Assembly: GCA_963630675.1 (NCBI GenBank)
Contig: CAVGNR010000001.1
Span: 37,807-101,806 of the forward strand
Reading direction: 5' to 3'
Length of the DNA stretch: 64,000 bases
DNA from: Escherichia coli
GTDB taxonomy: Bacteria; Bacillota_I; Bacilli_A; RFN20; CAG-826
How positions within the stretch are numbered: the stretch's first letter is position 1; every line of letters begins with the position of its first letter. Below the pieces are notes generated by a model. The model worked only from the letters and a program-made list of their open reading frames with translations, searched no databases and was not told the DNA's origin. The translations under genes and the position numbers were made by a program. This document shows, one piece after another, positions 17,473 to 25,876 of this stretch.

Positions 17473-20400
17473 TTAAGCCAGATAAGTAATCACAATTTTA
17501 GTGATACGTACTTGGTTGGTATTCGCTTTCAGAGACACTTTTTGTTGTCCTTCGGCATTTTCCCAAATTCCGGTTTTATTAGAATATATGTAATGACTTG
17601 CTACATCTGTATCAACAAAACAACCAGGACCATATTTATCAGCACCACTGTTGGTAGAAGTGATTTCGACTTTTAAAATAGTCTTTCCTTCTTCGGCCGA
17701 AATCGTGAGTTTTTGACCTTTGAAGACGCTGATTTTTCCGCTATCGATAGTTCCGGTATCAATTTGGAAAGTGAAACCGCTGACAGTTTGAATTGTTTTT
17801 TTGCCAGAAACAGCACTAAAGTCTGTTGGTACAAACGTTGCAGTCTTTTGAGTTGGAGTTGAACTCTTCGCGACGAATGTAACCTTAACGGCATTCGCCA
17901 AGTCAGCATCGAATTTTTTGCTTGTGGTAATATCAGTAACTTTTCCAGTTTTGTTTGTATATTCAATCTTGCTTAGTTCATAACCAGAATTGGCAACAGG
18001 ATTTACAGTAATGGTTTCACCAAAAGTGATTCCTTCGGTTTTGCTGAGGGTAGCACTTCCCATTGTTGAATCATTAACAGTGACGGTTGCAGTTAAATTA
18101 GAAATCTTTTCACCTTTTGGCAAAGCATAAGAATCAACAATTTCTTTTGTACCGTTGAAATTTTTGAATATGCCAAAGACGGTGACCATTTTTCCGACAT
18201 TGTCCTCGGAAAGGGCGGTTCCGATCACTTTTGGAGTTTTATCAGTAGTTTTCTTAAGCGAGAAAACACCAGCATCGCTCATTAAAATGGTGGCTTCTGA
18301 ATAGGATCCATAAAGCGTTATTGTTTCGCCAGTTGTTGGATCTTCAAGATATCCATTGCCGTAAGCGGCTTTCGTAATTTCTTTTAAAATGCCCGTAACA
18401 AGATATAAATTCTTATCATCATTCTCAGTTAACGCATTCATCTCAGCGATGGTTTTTGTGAGAACGTTTGGAGTTACAACGTTAACGCCTGTGCCATTAT
18501 CCATAGAATCATAGGCATTAACAAAGGTTAAGGCATCAAAGGTGATGGTTGTGTTATGTGTTCCGTCGACTCTAGAAACGACTTTGTTTCCAGCTGGAGC
18601 AACAAATTTACAAGAGTTGGTGAAAGTGAAGTTGACGTCTTCGTTATAAGCGCCTGCAACATTATCGCCAATGACGGCTGCAGCAGATGGAACTTCGTTT
18701 CCTGTTTTCCAAACGCCAGTAAGATAAGAGTCATTCTTGGCTTTTGTAGCTTCGGTTAACCAAGCACCAGTGGTTTCGAAGGTTGTAGCATCGGCTTTCC
18801 AAGTGCCAGTACGAGCGATAAGAGCTTGTCTATCAGCTTTGAGAGTGGAGTTTTTGAAGGTGACGTTGATGCCTTCGACATTTCCTAAGAAAGCAGCATT
18901 GTCCTTATCATCGGTGGTGACGGTAAGATGGGAATTATCCATAAGGATCTTGGCATTCTTTCCTTCGAGGTTATTTGTGCCAATACCGAAGACGGCTTTA
19001 AGATCCAAAGTGGAATTCTTGATTTCTAAGTCCGTTGAAGAAGAGCAATAGATACCTGTGTAGGTTAAAGTCGTGTTGGTAAGTGTAACGCCATCTAAAG
19101 TGAAGGATAAAGCATCAGAAGCATCGATGATGTTTCCGTTTGCAACTGCTCCCGTGACATTGATGGTTCCGTTTTTAACGGTGATATTTTGAACGTGTGT
19201 GCCACCTTCTCCCGCTAAGGCATAGATAGCAACAGCCGAGGTGACCGTTAAGGTCTTTCCACCTAAATCGATGATAGTATCTTTCTTAGCAAGAGGTATG
19301 GTATCGATTGAGGAGTCGGCAGTTAAAGTAACCTTAGCAGTATCTAATCCTTTGATGGTTGTCTTTAAGGATTCAGAGATAGAGGCAACGCGGTAAGTGT
19401 CAGAGAAGGTTGCTTCGATAGAAAGGCCTGCTTCAGTCATATTGGTGACATAGCTATTGCCAGTGACTTCCACTTCAGCTCCGTTTACTTTGAAGGATTC
19501 GAGATGATAGCCTTCGGCTGGGGAGATAGTGAAAGTAACGCTTTCTCCAACAGCAGCTTTTTCTTTATTGGCAGTAACCGTACCGTTTGTGCATGGAGCA
19601 ATGGTGACTGTTTTAGCAAGTTCTTTCCAAGTTGCCGTGATAGTAAGCCCACCTTCGACCATTTCCACAACAGCATATCCATCTTCAACAAGAACTTCTT
19701 CACCGTTGACAAGGAGTTTTCCTAATTCATATCCAGCATCTGGATAGACTTCAATTTCAACTTCGTCTCCAATAGGGGCACTGGTTGTTGGTGTTGTATA
19801 AATGGTTCCGCCTTTTGTGTCAGTAACCGTAATAGGTGCACTCTTTTTAGCAAAGATGCCAGAAACGATTAATCCAGTTTTAACCATCTTAACGACAACA
19901 GTTCCGCTTTCTCCGACAGAGACAGCATTGCCATTTACATATAAAGCGGATAAATGATAGTTCGTATCTGGAGTGACGGTTAAGGTGACGTCTTCTCCGG
20001 TGATCGCTTCTAATTTATCTGCGGTGACTGTTCCACCAGCATTTTTATTGATGGTAACGGCATGTTTGATTGCTTTGAAGGTCGCATCAACGGTTAAACC
20101 TTCTTTGACCATAGTGGCTTCGTAAGTGTTGTTTGTGACTTCTTTTGCTTCACCGTTGACTTTGAAAGTATCCAGTTCAAAGTCATCATTTGGCGTGATG
20201 GTGAAAGTAACTTTATCACCAACGATTGCCGTTGTTTTATCGGCAACGACAGTGCCATTTTCCGAAGAATGGATGGTAACGTCATGAGTGTTTGCTTCCA
20301 CTGCAATTGTGACAGTTAAGCCGTTTTCCACCATTGTAGCGGTAGCTTTGTTGCCAGTGATAGTGACATCGTTTCCGTTCACTTTGAAGGAAGAAACGTG

Positions 20401-20487
20401 ATAGTCTTCATCGGTTGTAACCGTGAAAGTAATGGTTTCACCCACTTCCGCTTGCGTTTTGTCAGCTTCAACGTGAGCGTGTTCCAC
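17473..20487 (-). CDS. Large surface protein body: five ~75-aa InlB-B-repeat-like domains, beta-helix-like region, OB-like C-terminal region. Lacks its own signal peptide (see 20488..20688).
   Basis: 1004-aa ORF beginning at GTG immediately after an in-frame TAA. Repeats follow the pattern VTI..GTV.ADK....G..VT.TVTPD..Y....F.VNG. The central segment NSTLDLKAVFGIGTNN...NSHLTVTT is typical of parallel beta-helix proteins. Confidence 0.8.
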   Translation of the reverse strand: MEHAHVEADKTQAEVGETITFTVTTDEDYHVSSFKVNGNDVTITGNKATATMVENGLTVTIAVEANTHDVTIHSSENGTVVADKTTAIVGDKVTFTITPNDDFELDTFKVNGEAKEVTNNTYEATMVKEGLTVDATFKAIKHAVTINKNAGGTVTADKLEAITGEDVTLTVTPDTNYHLSALYVNGNAVSVGESGTVVVKMVKTGLIVSGIFAKKSAPITVTDTKGGTIYTTPTTSAPIGDEVEIEVYPDAGYELGKLLVNGEEVLVEDGYAVVEMVEGGLTITATWKELAKTVTIAPCTNGTVTANKEKAAVGESVTFTISPAEGYHLESFKVNGAEVEVTGNSYVTNMTEAGLSIEATFSDTYRVASISESLKTTIKGLDTAKVTLTADSSIDTIPLAKKDTIIDLGGKTLTVTSAVAIYALAGEGGTHVQNITVKNGTINVTGAVANGNIIDASDALSFTLDGVTLTNTTLTYTGIYCSSSTDLEIKNSTLDLKAVFGIGTNNLEGKNAKILMDNSHLTVTTDDKDNAAFLGNVEGINVTFKNSTLKADRQALIARTGTWKADATTFETTGAWLTEATKAKNDSYLTGVWKTGNEVPSAAAVIGDNVAGAYNEDVNFTFTNSCKFVAPAGNKVVSRVDGTHNTTITFDALTFVNAYDSMDNGTGVNVVTPNVLTKTIAEMNALTENDDKNLYLVTGILKEITKAAYGNGYLEDPTTGETITLYGSYSEATILMSDAGVFSLKKTTDKTPKVIGTALSEDNVGKMVTVFGIFKNFNGTKEIVDSYALPKGEKISNLTATVTVNDSTMGSATLSKTEGITFGETITVNPVANSGYELSKIEYTNKTGKVTDITTSKKFDADLANAVKVTFVAKSSTPTQKTATFVPTDFSAVSGKKTIQTVSGFTFQIDTGTIDSGKISVFKGQKLTISAEEGKTILKVEITSTNSGADKYGPGCFVDTDVASHYIYSNKTGIWENAEGQQKVSLKANTNQVRITKIVITYLA

Positions 20488-20688
20488 TTACGTAATGGTT
20501 ACGTTGTAGGTCTTTTTAATTTCTTCCGAAGAGACGCTGTTCTTAGAAGAAGTGTCTCCACCTTGTGTAGATGAGGCGACTTGGCTTGCTTCGCTTGACT
20601 TTTCAGAAGATGATGGTTCGTTTGGATTACATCCGCTGAGAGCGAGGAGAGCAGCTGGTAAGAGAACGAGTAGTTTCTTTTTGTTCAT
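20488..20688 (-). CDS. Signal-peptide/lipobox N-terminal fragment of the same surface lipoprotein, cut off by an in-frame TAA
   Basis: MNKKKLLVLLPAALLALSGC (lipobox) followed by a Ser-rich linker. It ends ...KTYNVTIT-TAA. The next codon, GTG, continues the first repeat in the same frame. Confidence 0.7.
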   Translation of the reverse strand: MNKKKLLVLLPAALLALSGCNPNEPSSSEKSSEASQVASSTQGGDTSSKNSVSSEEIKKTYNVTIT

Positions 20689-20862
20689 ATTTATCTCCCA
20701 TATATAAAAGATTAAGAAAAAAGTTTTCGTTTACCGATAAGCCTGTTTCTCTTTCTTTTGAACATGGCATAATTTTAATAAAGATATCTTTATAAATCTA
20801 GTCTAGAGGAATAGGAAAGCCTATAAATTCCAAAAAGAAACCTATTTTTTCAAGGCTTTTTC

Positions 20863-20931
20863 AAGAATGAAGTAAGAGTGAAGTATTACTTCATTGTTAC
20901 TTCACACTTCACTTCATTTTGAGTGAAGTTA
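20863..20931. repeat. 69-nt direct repeat, downstream copy (overlaps the stop codon of the AlbA_2 gene)
   Basis: aagaATGAAGTaagaGTGAAGTattACTTCATtgttACTTCACACTTCACttcattttgaGTGAAGTta; 66/69 identical to 22427..22495. Confidence 0.9.
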
Positions 20932-22395
20932 TTTTGGGAAGACGGTATTGTGATTGGAATAATATTTGGCCGGATAAGTCGAATTGCTCATCAAAAGTAG
21001 GTTTTTCTCCATTAAAGGTTGGAGGATTTCTTTTCGGAAATAATTAGAAGGTTTTATGCCAAGCGTTTCAGCGATTTCTAAAGCGGTATGTGGAGCATTC
21101 CAACAATAAGAAAGTATTTCTAATTGTTTAGTTGTTTCTTCACCGTTTATCGTATAAACGGCTGGTTTTTCGTTGTTTGAGACGAGGCCCGAAGGATGAG
21201 TAAGGTCTGGAAGAGTTAAAGAGAAAAAGGAATCGTCAGAATCCGCAAAGGGTGCGAATTTCGGTCCGTATTCTTTGTATTCTTGCTCAATTTTGTCAAA
21301 GCCACTGCCTTTATGATCCATGATTTTGCAAAGAGAAAAGACTGCGCAAATAAGTTCATTTCTTCGAAGTGGAGGAATTTGAGCTAGATTGGTTTCTTTT
21401 TGCAACCATTTATGGGTAGGCAAAGAACCTGGCGAAATAATTTCCAAGCGGTCTTTAAAAACATTGATTTCAATTTGTCCACCTTGAATAAAATAGTTGC
21501 GATGTCCGATGGCATTAGCAATTCCTTCTGAGAGGGAACGTTTTGGAAAAGAGAAGATATCCTTTCTTCCGTTAGGCGTTTTTTCAAAACCGTTGATAGA
21601 ACGAGATTCAATAAAGCCGATGGCTTCTTTATATTCTTCAATTAAGTTTCCTTGTATTTTTTTGCTTGCAAGGAAAAGATTGTCACCTTTGCTGATACCA
21701 GGGAAGGCAGAACATTCGATTAACGTTCTGGAATCATTGCAGTTATCGCGAAAAAGAAGGGACCCTCTTTTTAATTTTTTATCAAGTGTGAAAAAACCAA
21801 TGTTCAATAAATCTTTTTCCGTCAATTCTTTCCCGTTATTCTGCTCCTTGTAGAAAGAGAACAGCGTTTGAAAATCTTCTTTATGGAAAAATTCATCTGT
21901 TTCCATAATGTCATAGGAGACAGAATCGCTAGATAGCACTAGGTTGCGTATTTCTTCACCTGTTGCAAAGCTTGTTTTTCCAAAGTGTCTTACATAAATA
22001 ACACTCGTCCCATTAATGTGAAGAGAAACCGGTGGAAATTTGCTTTTTTCTACATGTATCCCTAGAACATAGCGAGTTGGCGAAACTTCTGGGACCGGTA
22101 TTTTTTCGATTGTATAGCGAATAGGAGGCTCGATGTGTAAAGGGATTAATCTCTGAACCATTAAGGCGATTTTATCTGCGCATTCGTGGGATAAGGCAAC
22201 GATTTTATGGGTTTTGTTTTCTACACCAACATATAAAACTCCGCCAAAAGTATTTGCAAAAGCAGCAATTTCTTTTAGCCACCCATTCTCTACTCTTTGT
22301 TTTGTTTCATTATCAAAGCCTTCATTGATAATTCCTTTAAATTCCACTTCATAGTCTTCTAGATTTGTATTGGGGACTAGTTCTTCAAAAAGCAT
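20929..22395 (-). CDS. Schlafen/AlbA_2 domain + HATPase_c_4-like + C-terminal wHTH protein (COG2865-type putative regulator)
   Basis: N-terminus YEVEFKG...LKEIAAFANTFGGVLYVGVE fits AlbA_2. Middle segment EGIANAIGHRNYFIQGGQIEINVFKDRLEIISPGSLP fits the RecG-C/HATPase_c_4 pattern. C-terminal HTALEIAETLGIKPSNYFRKEILQPLMEKNLL. Confidence 0.85.
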   Translation of the reverse strand: MLFEELVPNTNLEDYEVEFKGIINEGFDNETKQRVENGWLKEIAAFANTFGGVLYVGVENKTHKIVALSHECADKIALMVQRLIPLHIEPPIRYTIEKIPVPEVSPTRYVLGIHVEKSKFPPVSLHINGTSVIYVRHFGKTSFATGEEIRNLVLSSDSVSYDIMETDEFFHKEDFQTLFSFYKEQNNGKELTEKDLLNIGFFTLDKKLKRGSLLFRDNCNDSRTLIECSAFPGISKGDNLFLASKKIQGNLIEEYKEAIGFIESRSINGFEKTPNGRKDIFSFPKRSLSEGIANAIGHRNYFIQGGQIEINVFKDRLEIISPGSLPTHKWLQKETNLAQIPPLRRNELICAVFSLCKIMDHKGSGFDKIEQEYKEYGPKFAPFADSDDSFFSLTLPDLTHPSGLVSNNEKPAVYTINGEETTKQLEILSYCWNAPHTALEIAETLGIKPSNYFRKEILQPLMEKNLLLMSNSTYPAKYYSNHNTVFPK

Positions 22396-22426
22396 TTTTC
22401 TCTACCTCCAACCAACATTATAACGA

Positions 22427-22495
22427 AAGAATGAAGTAAGAGTGAAGTGTTACTTCATTGTTACTTCACACTTCAGTTCATTTTGAGTGAAGGTA
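22427..22495. repeat. 69-nt direct repeat, upstream copy (32 nt upstream of the AlbA_2 start codon)
   Basis: Same element as 20863..20931 with three substitutions. Confidence 0.9.
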
Positions 22496-22698
22496 GTTAT
22501 TTCACACGCATGATATTGTTACTAAAAGAGGAGACATCTACCTTTGGATAAGTTGCTCCGGTAATTACTTTCCCTGTCTTTTGATATTGAACGTTCGATG
22601 AATAAAGCGCTCTTTCAGAGTAAATTAAACTTTATATAAAAGAGACCTAGCAACGTTTCTCTAAGTCTCTTTTAGGTAACAATTAAATTCGTTGTTTA

Positions 22699-23367
22699 CT
22701 AAATATCTACCTTTTGGAAGTTCTTTTGAGCAAGGGTGTTAGCTAAGAAGGTAAAGCCTAAGAAACTAAGTAAACCGCCTAATAGAATGGCAATCTGGGT
22801 TAAAAGGTTTGGTAAGGCATAAGAATTCACGTAGTTAGCAAATTCTGGGAAAAGAATAAAGATAGCCATGATGACACTGATAAGAAGAATAGTGACCAAG
22901 TCGGAAATAAGAAATGGCAAGGAGACTTTGGCTTCAGGTTTTTTGTAATACCAAGGGAAACAAATCAAATTAAAGACGCCAAAGACAAGGAAAACGAAGC
23001 CATATAAAGCAATGTTGAATCCAAGTTCCGGATAGATTTGTTCTTCTGGTAAGCCTTGTTGAAGAAAGAGTTTTAAGAAACCAAAAGGAAGAGAAATAAG
23101 CATCGTGATTATTTCTAAGAAGGAAATAAGAAGGACTTTTCCTTTGACCACATCCCCTTTTCTTAGAGGAAGGATGGACGTGTATAACAAATCACGATTG
23201 GCGTTAGAGAGGGTAAAAACCACGGTAATTCCCGCTAAAGGATAAAAGAAAGAGACCAAAGAAGGCCAGGAAGGAATCATAATGGTGATGGATAAGAAGA
23301 TAAAAATCCAGGTTTGGAGAGGTACGCAGAGTTTGAGTTCTTTATAAAGGAGATTCTTCATTTTCAT
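22699..23367 (-). CDS. ABC-2-type transporter permease
   Basis: Polytopic membrane protein immediately downstream of, and overlapping, the ABC ATPase gene. Start chosen at MKMKNLLYKELKL. Confidence 0.7.
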   Translation of the reverse strand: MKMKNLLYKELKLCVPLQTWIFIFLSITIMIPSWPSLVSFFYPLAGITVVFTLSNANRDLLYTSILPLRKGDVVKGKVLLISFLEIITMLISLPFGFLKLFLQQGLPEEQIYPELGFNIALYGFVFLVFGVFNLICFPWYYKKPEAKVSLPFLISDLVTILLISVIMAIFILFPEFANYVNSYALPNLLTQIAILLGGLLSFLGFTFLANTLAQKNFQKVDI

Positions 23368-24214
23368 CGTTCCTTTCTTTCGCAATCATAATTTCTTCTA
23401 ATGATGGAAGACGTTTCTCTTCAAGAGAGAAGATGGCTTCATCTTTCTTTTCGATGATTCCTTCGAAGAAGCCATCTTTTTTACGAAGATGCTCCATTTT
23501 AAGGATTTTCTCTTCGCTAAGATCCTCTTCTTTCCCTTTCACATAAAGATAGTCTTCCTTAAATGAGAAGACATTCTTAGAAGAAAGAATCTCACCTTTA
23601 TGAATATACGTAATAGAATCCGCGCATTTTTCTAAGTCAGAAATGACATGAGTGCTAAAAAGAATGGCAATGTTTTTCTTTTTGGCGATATCTCTAAAAC
23701 AATCTAGGAGTTCATCACGAGATACAGGATCAAGCCCACTGGTAGGTTCATCCAGTAGAAGAAATTTCGCTTGATGGGATAAGGCTAAAGAAAGTCCGTA
23801 TTTTATTTTCATGCCGTTAGAGAGCTCTTTGATTTTCTTTTCTTCGTTAATTTCAAAGAATTTTAACCATTTTTCATAAAGACTTTGATTCCAAGAACGA
23901 TAGAAACAAGAACTCACTTTCGTGAGGTCTTTGACCTTGACATTGGGATAGAAATCAATCCCACCAAAAAGGAGACCAATTTCGTTTTTCATTTCTTTTT
24001 CGTTTTCGGATATGGGTTTTCCTTGAAAAAGAATCTCTCCTTTATCAATATCAATTAAGCCAGATATAGCCTTGATGGTCGTGGTTTTTCCTGCCCCATT
24101 TCTCCCAATAAAACCCATGATTTCTCCTTCATGAAGAGAAAAAGAAACATCTTTTAAGGAGAAAGATGGGTAATGTTTTTCCACATGTTTTAGTTCTAGA
24201 ATGCATTCACTCAT
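23342..24214 (-). CDS. ABC transporter ATP-binding protein
   Basis: Walker A GRNGAGKTT, signature LSNGMKIK (degenerate), Walker B FLLLDEPTSGLD. Confidence 0.9.
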   Translation of the reverse strand: MSECILELKHVEKHYPSFSLKDVSFSLHEGEIMGFIGRNGAGKTTTIKAISGLIDIDKGEILFQGKPISENEKEMKNEIGLLFGGIDFYPNVKVKDLTKVSSCFYRSWNQSLYEKWLKFFEINEEKKIKELSNGMKIKYGLSLALSHQAKFLLLDEPTSGLDPVSRDELLDCFRDIAKKKNIAILFSTHVISDLEKCADSITYIHKGEILSSKNVFSFKEDYLYVKGKEEDLSEEKILKMEHLRKKDGFFEGIIEKKDEAIFSLEEKRLPSLEEIMIAKERNDENEESPL

Positions 24215-24413
24215 CGGAAAGAACCCCTTTCTTTTCTAAGACGGAGGAAACAAAATCCCCTTTGACGATAGCAATACCCTTCTTTTGATCAGCCATTAGG
24301 ATAAGAGTGTCCCCTTCTTCAATGCCAAACATATTACGAATCTCTGAAGGAATGACGATTTGTCCTTTCTTTCCTACGATGGCTGTGCCTATTGTTTTTG
24401 TTTTACTTTTCAT
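24207..24413 (-). CDS. AbrB/MazE/SpoVT-family DNA-binding protein
   Basis: 68 aa. KKGQIVIPSEIRNMFGIEEGDTLILMAD matches the looped-hinge-helix SpoVT-AbrB pattern. Overlaps the ABC ATPase start by 8 nt. Confidence 0.8.
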   Translation of the reverse strand: MKSKTKTIGTAIVGKKGQIVIPSEIRNMFGIEEGDTLILMADQKKGIAIVKGDFVSSVLEKKGVLSDE

Positions 24414-24623
24414 ACTTTTCTTACGTTTCTTGAGGATAGTTTAAGGCAACGAATATTGCTTAGCAATCAAAAACGGAGACAAGTCGACTAACAAAATAGG
24501 AGGTAAAAGTTTCCTCTTTTTTACTATCTTTCTTTAATTTCATATACAAAAATATCTTGTTGGTCTTAAATATAAAAGGTGTTTATTCACCTAGGAGGGA
24601 ACCCAGTTTGGGTTTTAAAGGCT

Positions 24624-25223
24624 ATGAAAAAGAAAATTCTCTTGCCATTACTATTATCTTCTTTATTCATGTTGGCATCTTGTGAAGATGAAACGATTAT
24701 TGGATCAAATGAAACGCATGATTCCTCTGCTTGGTTTACAAACGAAGAATTAAAAGCCGTTGGCTTAGAAGGATTAGCCGCTCCAACCGGATTGACTGGC
24801 GATATGAGTAGCGATCTTCATTGGTTCAACAATGGCTATTCTTTCCACCAAACTTGTCCAAGTGAAGAAATCATGAAACAAAACGCCCAAACATATTTGG
24901 ATTATTTCAAAACAAATTATGAAGGACAATTTGGAATCACCCATCTTCACGCTTTAAGCGAAGATACAACTTGGTATTACATTCTTCCCAAGACAGATTT
25001 AGAGGATTATCACGACACAAACCCTTCTTCTCTTTATAAATTCTATTACGTGAGAGATGCAGAATTAGAAAACGGATATTTAAAGAATGGAGCTGTATGG
25101 TCTTTGGATATGCGTTACGAATTAAATACGGATGCAACCTCTTATTTGTTGAAGATTTTTATTGAAGACGCTGGTATGTCTAGAAATGGCGTGTATACAT
25201 TAAAGTACACGCTTAAGGTTTAA
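24624..25223 (+). CDS. Lipoprotein, unknown function
   Basis: MKKKILLPLLLSSLFMLASC is a signal peptide plus lipobox. The ORF track starts at GTG 24579, upstream of the GGAGG. Confidence 0.7.
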   Translation: MKKKILLPLLLSSLFMLASCEDETIIGSNETHDSSAWFTNEELKAVGLEGLAAPTGLTGDMSSDLHWFNNGYSFHQTCPSEEIMKQNAQTYLDYFKTNYEGQFGITHLHALSEDTTWYYILPKTDLEDYHDTNPSSLYKFYYVRDAELENGYLKNGAVWSLDMRYELNTDATSYLLKIFIEDAGMSRNGVYTLKYTLKV

Positions 25224-25235
25224 TCTATCATTAAG

Positions 25236-25268
25236 GAAAAAGCGTTCCCCAGCGGAGGAACGCTTTTC
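25236..25268. terminator. Bidirectional rho-independent terminator between convergent genes
   Basis: aaaaAGCGTTCCccagcggaGGAACGCTtttc. Confidence 0.75.
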
Positions 25269-25282
25269 ATTTTAGGTAACAA

Positions 25283-25876
25283 TTAGTTTAGAGTTAATGC
25301 CTTGTTTTTGTTTGCTTTATAAGCGCCAGCAAATAACAAGCATAAGGACAGAGCATAGCAAATAGTTTCGAAGAGTTTGCTAACGGAGAAACTCCCACCA
25401 TTCACAAGATCCATAATGACGACAACGGTATAAGAGACAGCCACGAAGCAGGCGTATATAACACTAGAATAAGCAAAAGTAAGGCCTAATACTTTGTTAT
25501 GAGCAAACAAAAAGGTGAAACCGCAGGCAATCATCAAGACATAGAACATTTTAGCAATGCCAGAGATAACAGAGGACGCTTCAGAACTTCCGAAATTCAT
25601 AGAATAAGCTCCAACGACAATGAGAACCAATAAAGCGGGAGCAATAGATTTAATCGTACCTTCGCAACCTTTCCCACCGAATAAGAAATAGAAATAGAAA
25701 CCAATCAAAAGAATAAGGATGAATAATTCTACGATGAATTTCATCAAAGAAACGATGTTATTGCCTAAAGAAGGCATCCCTTCACTTAAAAGATAATAGA
25801 CAACAAGAAGAATCCCAGCGATTAAAAAGAAGATATGTGCCAAAGGAGTCTTGTTCGTTTTTGTGTTACTGCTCAT
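25283..25876 (-). CDS. Polytopic membrane protein, unknown function
   Basis: ORF 25283..26044. Preferred start is ATG 25876 (MSSNTKTNKT...), preceded by GGAGGAAAATT. Five to six hydrophobic segments. Confidence 0.65.
   Translation of the reverse strand: MSSNTKTNKTPLAHIFFLIAGILLVVYYLLSEGMPSLGNNIVSLMKFIVELFILILLIGFYFYFLFGGKGCEGTIKSIAPALLVLIVVGAYSMNFGSSEASSVISGIAKMFYVLMIACGFTFLFAHNKVLGLTFAYSSVIYACFVAVSYTVVVIMDLVNGGSFSVSKLFETICYALSLCLLFAGAYKANKNKALTLN

Noticed and set aside
22670-25285. An identical 16-mer TTTTAGGTAACAATTA occurs at 22670-22685 and 25270-25285. Each copy sits between a terminator hairpin and the stop codon of a minus-strand membrane-protein gene.
   Set aside because: In 64 kb of AT-rich sequence counted on both strands, roughly one or more exact 16-mer coincidences are expected by chance (about N squared over 4^16). 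The similar context is suggestive but not statistically convincing. It would need genome-wide counting.
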